Source: Myxococcota bacterium
GTDB lineage: Bacteria > Myxococcota > UBA4151
Length of the DNA: 64,000 nucleotides
Assembly: GCA_040260805.1 (NCBI GenBank)
Contig: JBDQPD010000002.1
Coordinates: 2,557 to 66,556, forward strand
Direction: 5' to 3'
Part shown: one piece after another, positions 19,626 to 29,390 of the stretch
Position numbering within the stretch: position 1 is the first letter of the stretch
Layout: every line of letters starts with the position of its first letter
The notes under the pieces: model-generated
Seen by the model: only the letters and a program-made list of their open reading frames with translations
What the model was told of the DNA's origin: nothing
Databases searched by the model: none
Translations under genes and position numbers: made by a program

Positions 19626-21994
19626 GCGATTCGCTCCATCTTAATCGCCTAGACAGTTGGCTGGAACAGCACGCCTGTACACCCTACGGTCGAGAGCTAC
19701 TTGAGCGAGTCAAACGAGTTGAAGGGCTTGAGCTTGAGCGGCGCTTCGAGGCAGCTCAGGCGTGGTCAGAAATCCTCGAACGCGAACGCCCACCGATTCT
19801 AAGCCTCGATGATGATTGCCGACCTGCGCTGTCGCATCTGCAACGCAAAGGCGAGCTTGACGGCGTGCAGCTCAACTCGATTCGAGCGTTGCTTCAGGTG
19901 TTATCGGATCTGCGCCGACTCGAATCCGCAAGCGCGGCAAGCATCAGCGGCTTAACGTCAGCGCTTGGCGAGTACGACGATGCGCTTCAGCGTCTGCATG
20001 CCAGCATCGCCGCCAATGGTGAGCTGCTCGACAGCGCCAGCGCCGAGCTCGGTCCGCTGCGTCACCGGCGCGACGCGGCGCGCAGGCGGCACGCCCAGCT
20101 CGCCGACAGTCTACGCGATGAGCTGCATACAGAGGGCCACTTATCCGACCGCTATGTTACCCAGCGTGAAGACCGGCATGTGCTGCCGATCAAGGCAGCG
20201 TCCAAGCGGCAGTTTGGCGGCGTCATTCACGACGCTAGTCGATCCGGAAAGACCGCGTTCGTCGAGCCCGCTAGCTTGCTCGAAGCGGGCGCAGCGGTTC
20301 GACACGCCGAAGAGGCTGTGACCGCTGAAGAGAAGAGAATCCTCAAGCGCTTATCGCAAATAATTGCCGAGCATGCCGGCGAGCTATCCGACGATCTCAA
20401 GGTCCTCGCTACCCTCGACTCAGATCGAGCGCGCGGCTGTTTTAGTCGACGCTTTCATGGGGTGATCCCCACGTTTCAGCGGCAACGAATTCGGCTCAAA
20501 GCCCTCAAGCCGCCAGCGCTTCTTTTAGCGGATGTGACGCCGGTGGTGCCGGTCGACCTTGAGCTTGAAGACCCGGCGCGCATCTTGATTATCAGTGGGC
20601 CCAACGGGGGGGGTAAATCCGTGGCGCTGAGCGCCTGCGCTTGGGCTTTCGAACTCGCTCACCAAGGCATACCCATCCCAGCCCAAGAGGTGACGCTCCC
20701 GGCGCCACCTTACTCGCTCTGCGCAGTGATCGGTGACGCCGCTGACGACCGCCAGGCTCACTCTACATTTTCAGGTCATCTTGGAGCGCTTCAAGGCGCG
20801 CTCGAACATCATCAGAATCCAAGCTCACTGATTGTGATCGATGAGATCGCAAGCGGCACCGAACCGATGGCGGGCAGCGCCATCGCTTGCGGATTCTTAG
20901 AGACCTTCGCCGAGGGCGAGGCTTTTGTCGTCGCAACCACTCATTACGATCCCGTCAAACAGCTCGGGTTGAGCGATGAGCGCATGCGAACCGCAGCGGT
21001 ACGAGACCGACGTAACCCAGAGGTTGCTTTCCGGCTTTTCGCGGACGAGGTCGGTGGCTCACACCCCATCAAACTAGCGATCGATCTGGGCTTACCGGAA
21101 CAGGTCATTGAACGCGCCCGAAAGCATCTAGACCCGAACCGACGCGCACGCCTCGACGAGCTCAAGCGACAGCAAACCGAAGAAGCCAATCTCGAGCAAA
21201 TTCGGCGGCAACTCGACCTGCAAGAGCGAACCTTAGCGGAGCGACAAGCCGAGCTCGACAACGAACTCCAAAAGCTCGAGCGATCTCGCGAGAAACAGCG
21301 GGTTCAAAATGCCAAAGCTAAAGCAAAAATCGACACCTTGCGCGGCGAGCGACTCGCTCAAATTGATGCCTTGCGTGAAGAGTTGAGTGAGACCGTCAAA
21401 AAGCTACGCGCAGACCAAGGTTCGCAAGCAGCTAAAGATGGCGACCGGCTCTTTGCCGACGTCAAAGCCCTGCGCAATGAGGCGCAGGCCTTAAGTCTAG
21501 ACGATGAATCACCGACCTTAGACGACTCGATTGAGGTTGGTGATTCGGTTCGTTTATTTTCTGGTGGCAACGTCGGTGTGGTTCAGGAGTTCCGCGGGCG
21601 CAGCGCCGTCGTCTTGGTTGATGGGAAGATGTTCCACTTGCGCAAAGAGCAGCTTCAACGCGTCCAAAAACAAGCACCTAACAAGCCCAAAACCGGCTCG
21701 TCGAAATCGACCAAAAGCAAGAAAGAAAAAACGATAGCGGTGACGGAGTCAAGCGCCCCAAAACTCGACCTGAGGGGACTCCGAGCGCACGAGGCAGAGG
21801 CGCGGATTGATCGATTTTTACAACATCTTTGCGATGTCGATTGCGCAGGGCGTATCATTCACGGCATCGGCACAGGGGCGTTGAGAAAAACAACCTTAGA
21901 CTATCTCAAAAATGGGCCCTGGCGCGTCACCTATCGGCAAGGGTTGAGTAGCGAAGGTTCTGATGGCGTGACGGTGGTCACGGTGGAGAGCTAA
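19601..21994 (+). CDS. mutS2: Endonuclease MutS2 (MutS domain plus C-terminal Smr)
   Basis: Walker A GPNGGGKS, MutS family core, C-terminal Smr domain (LDLRGLRAHEAEARIDRFL...HGIGTGALR). Start chosen at ATG 19601 (MRSDRQEV...). The ORF-track extension back to 19499 is rejected. Confidence 0.9.
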   Translation: MRSDRQEVSDSLHLNRLDSWLEQHACTPYGRELLERVKRVEGLELERRFEAAQAWSEILERERPPILSLDDDCRPALSHLQRKGELDGVQLNSIRALLQVLSDLRRLESASAASISGLTSALGEYDDALQRLHASIAANGELLDSASAELGPLRHRRDAARRRHAQLADSLRDELHTEGHLSDRYVTQREDRHVLPIKAASKRQFGGVIHDASRSGKTAFVEPASLLEAGAAVRHAEEAVTAEEKRILKRLSQIIAEHAGELSDDLKVLATLDSDRARGCFSRRFHGVIPTFQRQRIRLKALKPPALLLADVTPVVPVDLELEDPARILIISGPNGGGKSVALSACAWAFELAHQGIPIPAQEVTLPAPPYSLCAVIGDAADDRQAHSTFSGHLGALQGALEHHQNPSSLIVIDEIASGTEPMAGSAIACGFLETFAEGEAFVVATTHYDPVKQLGLSDERMRTAAVRDRRNPEVAFRLFADEVGGSHPIKLAIDLGLPEQVIERARKHLDPNRRARLDELKRQQTEEANLEQIRRQLDLQERTLAERQAELDNELQKLERSREKQRVQNAKAKAKIDTLRGERLAQIDALREELSETVKKLRADQGSQAAKDGDRLFADVKALRNEAQALSLDDESPTLDDSIEVGDSVRLFSGGNVGVVQEFRGRSAVVLVDGKMFHLRKEQLQRVQKQAPNKPKTGSSKSTKSKKEKTIAVTESSAPKLDLRGLRAHEAEARIDRFLQHLCDVDCAGRIIHGIGTGALRKTTLDYLKNGPWRVTYRQGLSSEGSDGVTVVTVES

Positions 21995-22614
21995 TGCAAA
22001 CGATTGAAGCCGGCTTTAAGATGTTTGAGTGGGACTACGAGACCATTCCTGAGCGACAAGCCGTTCGGTCTGTCTTCAACGGCCGCTCGACGACCTATCA
22101 AGTCTTTGTCATGCGCCTTGAGGGCGAAGGTTTATACCGGTTTGTGATCCTGTGCCCGGTCGAAGCGAAAAGCGATCAGATGCCCTCGCTGAGCGAGTTC
22201 TTACACCGAACCAATGCCAGTTTACCCTTGGGCGCCTTCGAGCTCGATTACGACCGCGGCGGGGTTCGCTGGATCACGAGCGCCGAGACCAATGGTGACC
22301 CCTTACCGCCTCACTGGATCGGCGGTTCGGTCCAACGAGGGCTCACCAGTTTCGAGACCATCTGGACGGAACTCCTAGCGGTCGCAGAGGGTCGTATGAA
22401 TGCAGCTGACGGCGCGCTACGCAGCCAGGTTGCGATGGAGCTTTCGACACTCAATGGTGAACTGCAACCCCAAGGTGTTGAGGTGCGACTCACTCCAATC
22501 GACGATCAATCGGAATTGTGTGTGGAGGTCACGGGAGGCGGATTAGAGCAAGTTCAAACGATGCTCGAATCACTCTTTGGATCCCCTTTACCCTTTGCGC
22601 TAAAAAGCGCCTGA
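21994..22614 (+). CDS. Hypothetical cytoplasmic protein (possibly YbjN-like sensory-regulator / chaperone fold)
   Basis: 206 aa. 1-nt overlap with the mutS2 stop (TAATG). No motif I can assign with certainty. Confidence 0.5.
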   Translation: MQTIEAGFKMFEWDYETIPERQAVRSVFNGRSTTYQVFVMRLEGEGLYRFVILCPVEAKSDQMPSLSEFLHRTNASLPLGAFELDYDRGGVRWITSAETNGDPLPPHWIGGSVQRGLTSFETIWTELLAVAEGRMNAADGALRSQVAMELSTLNGELQPQGVEVRLTPIDDQSELCVEVTGGGLEQVQTMLESLFGSPLPFALKSA

Positions 22615-22623
22615 GGACCTTTT

Positions 22624-23940
22624 ATGAGAATCTTTTTAGTCGTCGCCTTGATGGGCCTGAGCGCGCAGGCAAAGCCTCTTGATCTTAAGGTCAAAGAAAC
22701 GACCTTAGACAACGGCCTTCAAATCGTCTCGGTGGAGCGCTTTTCTGCCCCCACGGTCAGTGTCCAACTTTGGGTTCGAACCGGCTCGAGAAATGAGCGC
22801 CCTGGGATCACGGGAATTGCGCATTTATTCGAGCATATGATGTTTAAGGGCTCCAAGAATCTAGGGCCTGAAAAACACGCTCAAGAGGTGATGAAAATTG
22901 GCGGTCAGCTGAACGCCTACACCACCCATGATGCGACCGTTTATTATGAGGATGTTGCGGTGCGAAACTTCGAGGCGATCTTAGCGCTTGAAGCCGAACG
23001 GTTTCAGCACTTGGACTTGTCGAAAGGGATGCTCGAGAGCGAGCGCGAGGTGGTCAAAGAAGAGCGGCGAATGCGCACGGATAACTCGCCATCGGGTAAG
23101 TTGATCGAAGCCTTCTTTGGAGCGGCTTACCAAGTTCATAATTACCGATGGCCCGTCGTGGGGTGGATGAAGGACCTCAACACCATCAACCTCAAGGACT
23201 GTCAGGAGTTCTTCACCACGCACTACAACCCTAAAAATGTGACCGTTATCATCGTGGGTGCGATCGATCACGACCAGGCGTTTACTCGGGTCAAACACCA
23301 CTTTGGCGGCTGGAAGGCACAGCCTCGAGAAGCACCTGAAGCACAAACTGAACCTGATCTAAAGCAGCGCCGCGAGGAGGTGGTCCGGTTTGCCACGAAC
23401 ACCCCCTTACTGTTGGGCGGCTGGAAGGTCCCTGCGGCTAAAGATGCTGACATTGTGCCCCTTAAATTGCTGGGTAAGATTCTAAGCGATGGCGCATCGA
23501 GTCGTATGTATCGGCAGCTCGTCTACGAAAAAGAGATCGCTCAATACGCTGCTGGGGACGTCCTAACCCAAGTCGACAACAGCCAGTTTTACCTGTGGGC
23601 GGCGGCGAGACCGAACGTCAACATCGACACCGTTGAAGGCGCGATGCTTGAGGTGGTTGAGCAGGTGAAATCCGGTGGTGTTACCGACCAAGAGCTCAAC
23701 CGAGCGAAAGCCCAAGCCGAGTCCGAGTCGGTGGGCAAACTCAAAAAAGCGCACGGTATTGCCAGCTTGCTGGGATGGAGCCTGATGTATCATGGCGATT
23801 GGCGTCCGGCCTTGAGCGAGCTCGATCGGCTGCGAGCTGTCAGCACCGCCGATATCCAGCGGGTGGCGCAAAAGTACCTCTCAAAAGATCGGATTACGGT
23901 GGTCAAACTGCTTCCAGAAGCTCAGGAGGTAACGCCATGA
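22624..23940 (+). CDS. M16 (pitrilysin) family zinc peptidase, secreted
   Basis: Inverted zinc motif HLFEHMMFKG...E. Signal peptide. Confidence 0.85.
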   Translation: MRIFLVVALMGLSAQAKPLDLKVKETTLDNGLQIVSVERFSAPTVSVQLWVRTGSRNERPGITGIAHLFEHMMFKGSKNLGPEKHAQEVMKIGGQLNAYTTHDATVYYEDVAVRNFEAILALEAERFQHLDLSKGMLESEREVVKEERRMRTDNSPSGKLIEAFFGAAYQVHNYRWPVVGWMKDLNTINLKDCQEFFTTHYNPKNVTVIIVGAIDHDQAFTRVKHHFGGWKAQPREAPEAQTEPDLKQRREEVVRFATNTPLLLGGWKVPAAKDADIVPLKLLGKILSDGASSRMYRQLVYEKEIAQYAAGDVLTQVDNSQFYLWAAARPNVNIDTVEGAMLEVVEQVKSGGVTDQELNRAKAQAESESVGKLKKAHGIASLLGWSLMYHGDWRPALSELDRLRAVSTADIQRVAQKYLSKDRITVVKLLPEAQEVTP

Positions 23941-25322
23941 AAAAGCTTCTGCTTGTGCTTGCAGCCTCAGGCTGCGCAACCGCTCCGACGACTTCGAACT
24001 CGACGCGTCAAACGCTTCGCTATGAGGTGGCTGGTGTCTCAGTAATCCAGGTGGTGGATCAGTCGCTTCCCACGGTTCGTATGACCTATCAGTTCCCTCG
24101 CGGCGCGGACGCGGAGCTTGAGAATGAGATCGGTGCCAGCCGACTCCTAGCGAGCTTGATGACCAAAGGTTCAGCCGGACGTTCGGCGATGGAAATTGCT
24201 GGCATGGTCGATGCGCTGGGTGGGTCCGTCTCTGGCTCCGCGAGTCGAGACACGCTTCGCTTTACAGCGGGCGGACTCAGCCGTGACCTTGAAGCCCTAT
24301 CGGACTTGCTCGCGCAGACGGTGCGGCAGCCAAACTTAGACGCTCAGGAGTTTGAGCGACTTAAAAGGCAGACGCTGGCGGGCATGAAAAGCGGCCGCAC
24401 ACGAGGTCAAAACCTCGCTCAAAGCGCGCTGCTCAGGTTGATGTACGCGGGCGACCGGCTCGGCTTGCCGATCGGCGGTAACGAAGCGAGCGTAGCCGCT
24501 CTGAACCTTGAGACCATCAAGGCATTATACACCAAGGCGGTTCACCCAGAAGGTCTGACCATTGGGGTCTTTGGTGATGTATCGAAAGACGCCGTCAGCG
24601 CACTGCTCAAGCGTCAACTTAGCGACTGGAAACCCCAAGCAGCCCCGCTGCGACCAGCCGAGGCGACCTTTGCGCCAAAGGTCAGAATCCACCTCGTCGA
24701 CAAGCCTGATCTGACTCAGGTTAACATCCACTTAGGGCACGCCGGGATTCGGCGAAACCGAAGTGATTACGAGGCGATCACCTTGCTCAACTATGCGCTT
24801 GGCGGCGGCGGCTTCTCGAGTCGATTGATGAAACTCATCCGGTCCGAAAAAGGGCTCACCTATGGGATCCGATCGACCTTCTCATCGGGTGAGCGTGCCG
24901 GGCCCTTCATGGTGACGAGCTTTACTCGAGTGGATAAGGTCCGAGAGCTCATTGACCTAAGCTTTCAGGTGATCACTGAGGTGGCGACGCAAGGGATCAG
25001 CGAGACCGAGCTCGCCGACGCAAAAGGTTATTACTTGGGTTCGTATCCGCTCAGCCTTGAGACCGTTGAGGGCGAGGGCGGCAAGCTGCTTCAAGCCAAG
25101 CGTTATAACCTCGGTGATGACTTCATCAATGCCTACGCCAAGCGGCTCGAAGCGGTCGATTTAGGCACGGTTAATACCTTGGCTAAAAAACTTTTACGAC
25201 CCGATGAGTTGGTCATTGTTTTAGTCGGCCCGAAAGACAAACTGATCGAAACCATCAAGGACTTAGGTTCTGTCCAAGCCAGTTGGTGGGAAGATGATAA
25301 ACCTTTGCCGATCAATCCTTAA
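23937..25322 (+). CDS. M16-family peptidase, non-catalytic-type partner subunit, lipoprotein-like N-terminus
   Basis: Start ATG 23937 (MKKLLLVLAASGCATAP) with SD AGGAGG 7 nt upstream and ATGA overlap. M16 C-terminal domain architecture without an HxxEH motif. Confidence 0.8.
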   Translation: MKKLLLVLAASGCATAPTTSNSTRQTLRYEVAGVSVIQVVDQSLPTVRMTYQFPRGADAELENEIGASRLLASLMTKGSAGRSAMEIAGMVDALGGSVSGSASRDTLRFTAGGLSRDLEALSDLLAQTVRQPNLDAQEFERLKRQTLAGMKSGRTRGQNLAQSALLRLMYAGDRLGLPIGGNEASVAALNLETIKALYTKAVHPEGLTIGVFGDVSKDAVSALLKRQLSDWKPQAAPLRPAEATFAPKVRIHLVDKPDLTQVNIHLGHAGIRRNRSDYEAITLLNYALGGGGFSSRLMKLIRSEKGLTYGIRSTFSSGERAGPFMVTSFTRVDKVRELIDLSFQVITEVATQGISETELADAKGYYLGSYPLSLETVEGEGGKLLQAKRYNLGDDFINAYAKRLEAVDLGTVNTLAKKLLRPDELVIVLVGPKDKLIETIKDLGSVQASWWEDDKPLPINP

Positions 25323-25355
25323 CCTCTTGCGCTTGAGTCACTTCCGCACCATCGG

Positions 25356-26075
25356 TTGGTTATGAATATCGACGTCACCGTTGTCATTCCCGTCTACAAC
25401 GAGGAAATTATCCTCGAAGAGGCTCTTCTTGAGTTGCTCGAGAACCTGCGCGCCCATCAGAGCAGCTTTGAGGTGATCGTTTCAGCCAACGGCTGCGTCG
25501 ATGAGACCGAAGCGATCGCTGAGCGTTTGGCGCAAACCCACAGCGAGCTTCGTCTGCATCGATGCCCAGAGCCCGACTATGGCGAAGCCCTCAAGCAGGG
25601 CATTGAGCTCGCCCGTGGTGACCTCGTCATCTGTGAAGAGATCGATCTATGCGATGATCGTTTTCACCGAACGGCGCTCGCCATGCTCAACGCAGACGCC
25701 GAGCTCGCCATGGTCGTGGGCTCCAAGGCGCTGCCTGGAGCGAGAGATCGCCGGCCCTACTTTCGACGCTTTGCCACTCGGGTGCTCAACCGCATGCTGC
25801 GAACGGCGACCGGCTGGCGCGGCACCGATACCCACGGCCTCAAAGCGCTACGTCGAGACCTGATGCTGCCGGTGGTCGAACGTTGTGAGCTTCGGCGAGA
25901 CCTGTTCGCTTCTGAGATGGTGATCAGAGCTTTTCATATGGGACAACGCGTCGTTGAGTACCCCATTGAGCTGAGCGAAAAGCGTCCACCGAGCATCGGC
26001 TTGATGCGACGCGTGCCCAAGGTCTTAGGTGATATGGGTAAACTGGCTGTGACCGTTCGTCGCAACAACGACTGA
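25356..26075 (+). CDS. Family 2 glycosyltransferase (polyprenyl-phosphate sugar transferase-like)
   Basis: N-terminal VVIPVYNEE Rossmann GT-A motif. 239 aa. Confidence 0.75.
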   Translation: MVMNIDVTVVIPVYNEEIILEEALLELLENLRAHQSSFEVIVSANGCVDETEAIAERLAQTHSELRLHRCPEPDYGEALKQGIELARGDLVICEEIDLCDDRFHRTALAMLNADAELAMVVGSKALPGARDRRPYFRRFATRVLNRMLRTATGWRGTDTHGLKALRRDLMLPVVERCELRRDLFASEMVIRAFHMGQRVVEYPIELSEKRPPSIGLMRRVPKVLGDMGKLAVTVRRNND

Positions 26076-27425
26076 TCAGGTCTTAGCGAGCCATTCAGCG
26101 GCTTTACGCCCGTGAATAAGCGCATCCTCCATCGCTGAGTATTCCCAATTGCCGTAGCGCCCAGTGCTGAGGATATTTTGGCTCTTGAGGTAGTCGATTA
26201 AGGTGGTTCGGCTCACCGGGTAATTGGGATCCTGAAGGACATAGGCATTGGGGACATGCTCGACGGTGACGTCCAGCACCGAGTCCACGCCATCGATCAA
26301 GCTCGCCGCCTCAAGCCCAGCGAGACACGCATCGACCTCTTGCTCGACTTGGCGCTCGCCGCGATGAGCAATTTCGACGTAAAAATTACGGGTCTCACCG
26401 TCGGTCATTTTCGGCTCGACCGCCGAGAAAGAGCCGACCCGATAAAAGGGGAACTGCCGTTCAGGGAAATAGGTCCAATGGGGCTGCCCGGCGCCATCCC
26501 AAGGGCCCGCTTGGTCGTGGTTTGAACCCTTTGCTAGGACGTCCAAATGACTGACCGTTGTGCTGCGCAGTAGGCTCCGAGCATGCGCCACCTCGGCGGG
26601 CAATTCGCCACCACGAGCGCAAGCGTCGATGAGCGCGGTCAAAGGCATGGTCGAGACCAGCTTGTGGTAAGCGATCGTCTCACCATCTTGAGTGGTCGCT
26701 CGGCGGTTGCGCACATCGATCGACGCGACCGGGCGCTCGCATTCGATCTCGATCGACAAGGTCCTCTTAATGGCTTGCGCTAAGCCCTCAATGCCGCCCC
26801 CGTCATCAGGGTATAAAAAGTGTGTGTTGTACCCCAGCGCTTCGCGAGACGCCCCGACCGCTCCAGCGATCACGTCTTCGACTTGTGGGATCGGAATATA
26901 GCTCGACTCGCACCAAGCCGCCGAGAGCTCACGAGGATGAACCGTCCAGATTTTCTCGTTGTACGGAAACATAAAGTGTTCAGCGATACCGGCACCAAAC
27001 TTTTGCTCGATCCAATCCGCAAAAGTCTTTGGCTCGGGCCTGGTCGGCGCCTGTGGACCAAGCTCAACGTCGTGCAAACGAGCATCAACGAAGCCCTGAA
27101 GACACGCTCGCGCCACCGCAGGAGGGAGACCGTAGGTGTTCGCTTGAAAAGGGTACAAGGTGTAGACGCCTGAGCTAAAAATTCGGGCTTTACGGTTGTG
27201 TTTGACCAGGTTCAAACCCGGCAGCTGATGGACCCATTCCTGGATCTGCGCATCGCGCAGGTGCAGCCAATGGCCGGTGATGTCGAACCGAGCCCCATCT
27301 CGCTGACGAGTTCGCGCTTTGCCGCCAATGAAAGGCGTCGCCTCAAGCACCCTCAAATCACCTTGTGCGTGCGCCGCAGTCGACAATCCGGTCAGCCCGG
27401 CACCGAGCACTAAATTCTGCGTCAT
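26076..27425 (-). CDS. FAD-dependent oxidoreductase, UDP-galactopyranose-mutase-like / amine-oxidase fold
   Basis: N-terminal GAGLTGLS...E...GG dinucleotide-binding motif. Internal FPYNEKIWTVHPRELSAAW and C-terminal GRYGNWEYSAMEDALIHG resemble Glf/UGM as recalled. Confidence 0.55.
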   Translation of the reverse strand: MTQNLVLGAGLTGLSTAAHAQGDLRVLEATPFIGGKARTRQRDGARFDITGHWLHLRDAQIQEWVHQLPGLNLVKHNRKARIFSSGVYTLYPFQANTYGLPPAVARACLQGFVDARLHDVELGPQAPTRPEPKTFADWIEQKFGAGIAEHFMFPYNEKIWTVHPRELSAAWCESSYIPIPQVEDVIAGAVGASREALGYNTHFLYPDDGGGIEGLAQAIKRTLSIEIECERPVASIDVRNRRATTQDGETIAYHKLVSTMPLTALIDACARGGELPAEVAHARSLLRSTTVSHLDVLAKGSNHDQAGPWDGAGQPHWTYFPERQFPFYRVGSFSAVEPKMTDGETRNFYVEIAHRGERQVEQEVDACLAGLEAASLIDGVDSVLDVTVEHVPNAYVLQDPNYPVSRTTLIDYLKSQNILSTGRYGNWEYSAMEDALIHGRKAAEWLAKT

Positions 27426-27431
27426 GTGGAC

Positions 27432-29390
27432 CTACGCAACCCGTCGACGTCGACGTAGGATCGCAGCAAAGAGCAGCCACTCCAAACCGATCCCTGTAGC
27501 CGAACCACAAGCGCAACCGACTCCAGTCAGACCTGACTGCCCCCCGGGCGCGTTGTCTGGATCGTAGGTGCATACACCGGGTTCACCGACCGAGACATCA
27601 CAGCGATGCTCGACAGGGCACCAGCGGTTGTTTCCACACCACGTCGTGCATCGGCCATCGAGGCAGATACCGTGCTCGCATTCGCCGGCACCGCCGCAGC
27701 TGTCGCCTACAGAGCCTGTCCCGGTATCACCGCCCTCGCGGCACATCCCATTGCCCATCTCATCGATCACGCAGCCTTGACCGTCAGGGCATTGGTAATG
27801 ACCAAGTCTTGGGTCACAACCCCGACCACAACGACCGACGCCGTCAAAATAGCCACAGGCGCCGCTTTGGCAGTGTGAATCATCACCGCAGCGCCCATCG
27901 GGGCCTTGAGGTGAGCCCGGCTCAAAGGGTGAGCATTGATCTGCTTCACAGATCTGCCCTGCCGGACAATCTAGGTCGTCAATACAACTTGAGCCGACAT
28001 AAGGGGCACATACGCCGCCGCCATCACGAGTCGGCTGACAGTCCATCCCTCCGCTGCAATCGGCTCTCGTTTCGCAGTTTTGGAAGCAACGTCTCGAGCC
28101 ATCATAATAGATACACGTTGTCCCCTCCTCGCAGGGTTTGTCCTCACAGATCTCACCCAGTCGAGCGAAGCGTCGGTCGGCGCAAACTCGGACCGTATCA
28201 ACGCCGGGTCGCGTCACCTCAATACACTCTTGATCCTCGCCGCAGCTGGCGTCGCTGGTACAGGTTCGAGCGCAATTCCAACCCCGACCGGTCGGTGCGC
28301 ATTCGAGGCCCTCAGCGCAGGCGTAATAGCTGTCGCACGCTTCACCCTCTTGCGTGTCACCGCCATCGATGCACAGCGACATCCGGCTGTTGTTTTGACC
28401 GTCAAAGGTACGGCAGGTGGTTCCTTGAGGACAGGCCGGATCGCCGCGCTCACAGGTTTGATAACAGCGCGCATCGTTTTCATCGCCCAAGCAAAGCAGC
28501 CCTTCTTGGCAGGGTCTGCCCACACAGGCTTCACCGCGCCCTGCGGCGTCGGCCTGTGCGTCCGCTCGCAAGCAGACATTATTGCCGCCGGTTTGACCGC
28601 ACTCGTAACCCGTAGGGCAGGTGCCGCAGGTTTGGCTGCAGTACTGGCTGTTGCGGTCCGTCACGCAGATCCCTGAGTCGCAGTCGCTGTTGCGCGTGCA
28701 ACCCCAACCTAAGCCGCCGCGTTGTCCTGGGTAAATCCCACAGATTCCGTCGGTGTCGTCCTGACGCAGATAGCGAAAGGGGTAGCCGACATAAGAAGGA
28801 GTCATCACCGCATCAACGGTACAGTTCTCGCACGGATGATCGAGCCCTAACGCGTGACCCATCTCATGAACAGCGATGCTCTCGATATCGATATGTCGAC
28901 CGCGATCAGCGGTACCCCATCGGCTCCGGTTGCTCGGATAGTTGACCTCATTGAACTGAACATCAGAGTCGACGATATAGCAGTCCCGGTAAGGCCTGCT
29001 GCCCTGTCCGCTGCACGCGCCGCGGCGCCCCGAGAACGACGTCATCGTGATCCCTAGGGTTCCCGCTCCGTAGGGCCAATCATTGGCATTGCTCTGAAAC
29101 CAGACGTTGTTGGTGTTGTCGTTCGTTGCGCGCGGCGTCCCGCGGACGTCGCCAAGGTCTTGACCAGCGATCAAAGAGCAGCTGGCGTCAGTCCAGCTCT
29201 GCAGGCCTGCGCGCATGGCGCGCACGTCCGAGCCGTCGTTGATCCCCGAACGAGTGCTCCCCGACGTATCAATACGAAAGCCGATCGTATTCGTTTGGGT
29301 CAAGTTCCACTTGCCGATCTGACCTTGCCAAGCCTGAGCGGCGCTCGGGATCAACATCAAACTACACAAAGGGAGCACCCAGCGAATCAT
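27432..29390 (-). CDS. Secreted M10 (matrixin)-like zinc metalloprotease with long Cys-rich C-terminal modules and MYXO-CTERM-like tail
   Basis: HEMGHALGLDHP plus Met-turn AVMTPSY. More than 10 Cys-rich EGF-like modules. C-terminus GVGCACGSATGIGLEWLLFAAILRRRRRVA (GC motif, TM helix, Arg cluster). Confidence 0.75.
   Translation of the reverse strand: MIRWVLPLCSLMLIPSAAQAWQGQIGKWNLTQTNTIGFRIDTSGSTRSGINDGSDVRAMRAGLQSWTDASCSLIAGQDLGDVRGTPRATNDNTNNVWFQSNANDWPYGAGTLGITMTSFSGRRGACSGQGSRPYRDCYIVDSDVQFNEVNYPSNRSRWGTADRGRHIDIESIAVHEMGHALGLDHPCENCTVDAVMTPSYVGYPFRYLRQDDTDGICGIYPGQRGGLGWGCTRNSDCDSGICVTDRNSQYCSQTCGTCPTGYECGQTGGNNVCLRADAQADAAGRGEACVGRPCQEGLLCLGDENDARCYQTCERGDPACPQGTTCRTFDGQNNSRMSLCIDGGDTQEGEACDSYYACAEGLECAPTGRGWNCARTCTSDASCGEDQECIEVTRPGVDTVRVCADRRFARLGEICEDKPCEEGTTCIYYDGSRRCFQNCETRADCSGGMDCQPTRDGGGVCAPYVGSSCIDDLDCPAGQICEADQCSPFEPGSPQGPDGRCGDDSHCQSGACGYFDGVGRCGRGCDPRLGHYQCPDGQGCVIDEMGNGMCREGGDTGTGSVGDSCGGAGECEHGICLDGRCTTWCGNNRWCPVEHRCDVSVGEPGVCTYDPDNAPGGQSGLTGVGCACGSATGIGLEWLLFAAILRRRRRVA

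Noticed and set aside
18666-19639. Minus-strand ORFs 18666..19052, 18707..19207 and 19319..19639 as alternatives to the plus-strand basic protein
   Set aside because: They share the wobble position with the plus ORF, so GC3 is uninformative. They lack an SD and run against the operon orientation. The plus ORF has a perfect AAGGAG-N5-ATG. Uncertainty is retained in the finding.
27809-28676. His/Arg-rich ORFs 27809..28615(+), 28080..28676(+) and others inside the protease gene
   Set aside because: Antisense to the Cys-rich metalloprotease gene; compositionally non-protein-like.
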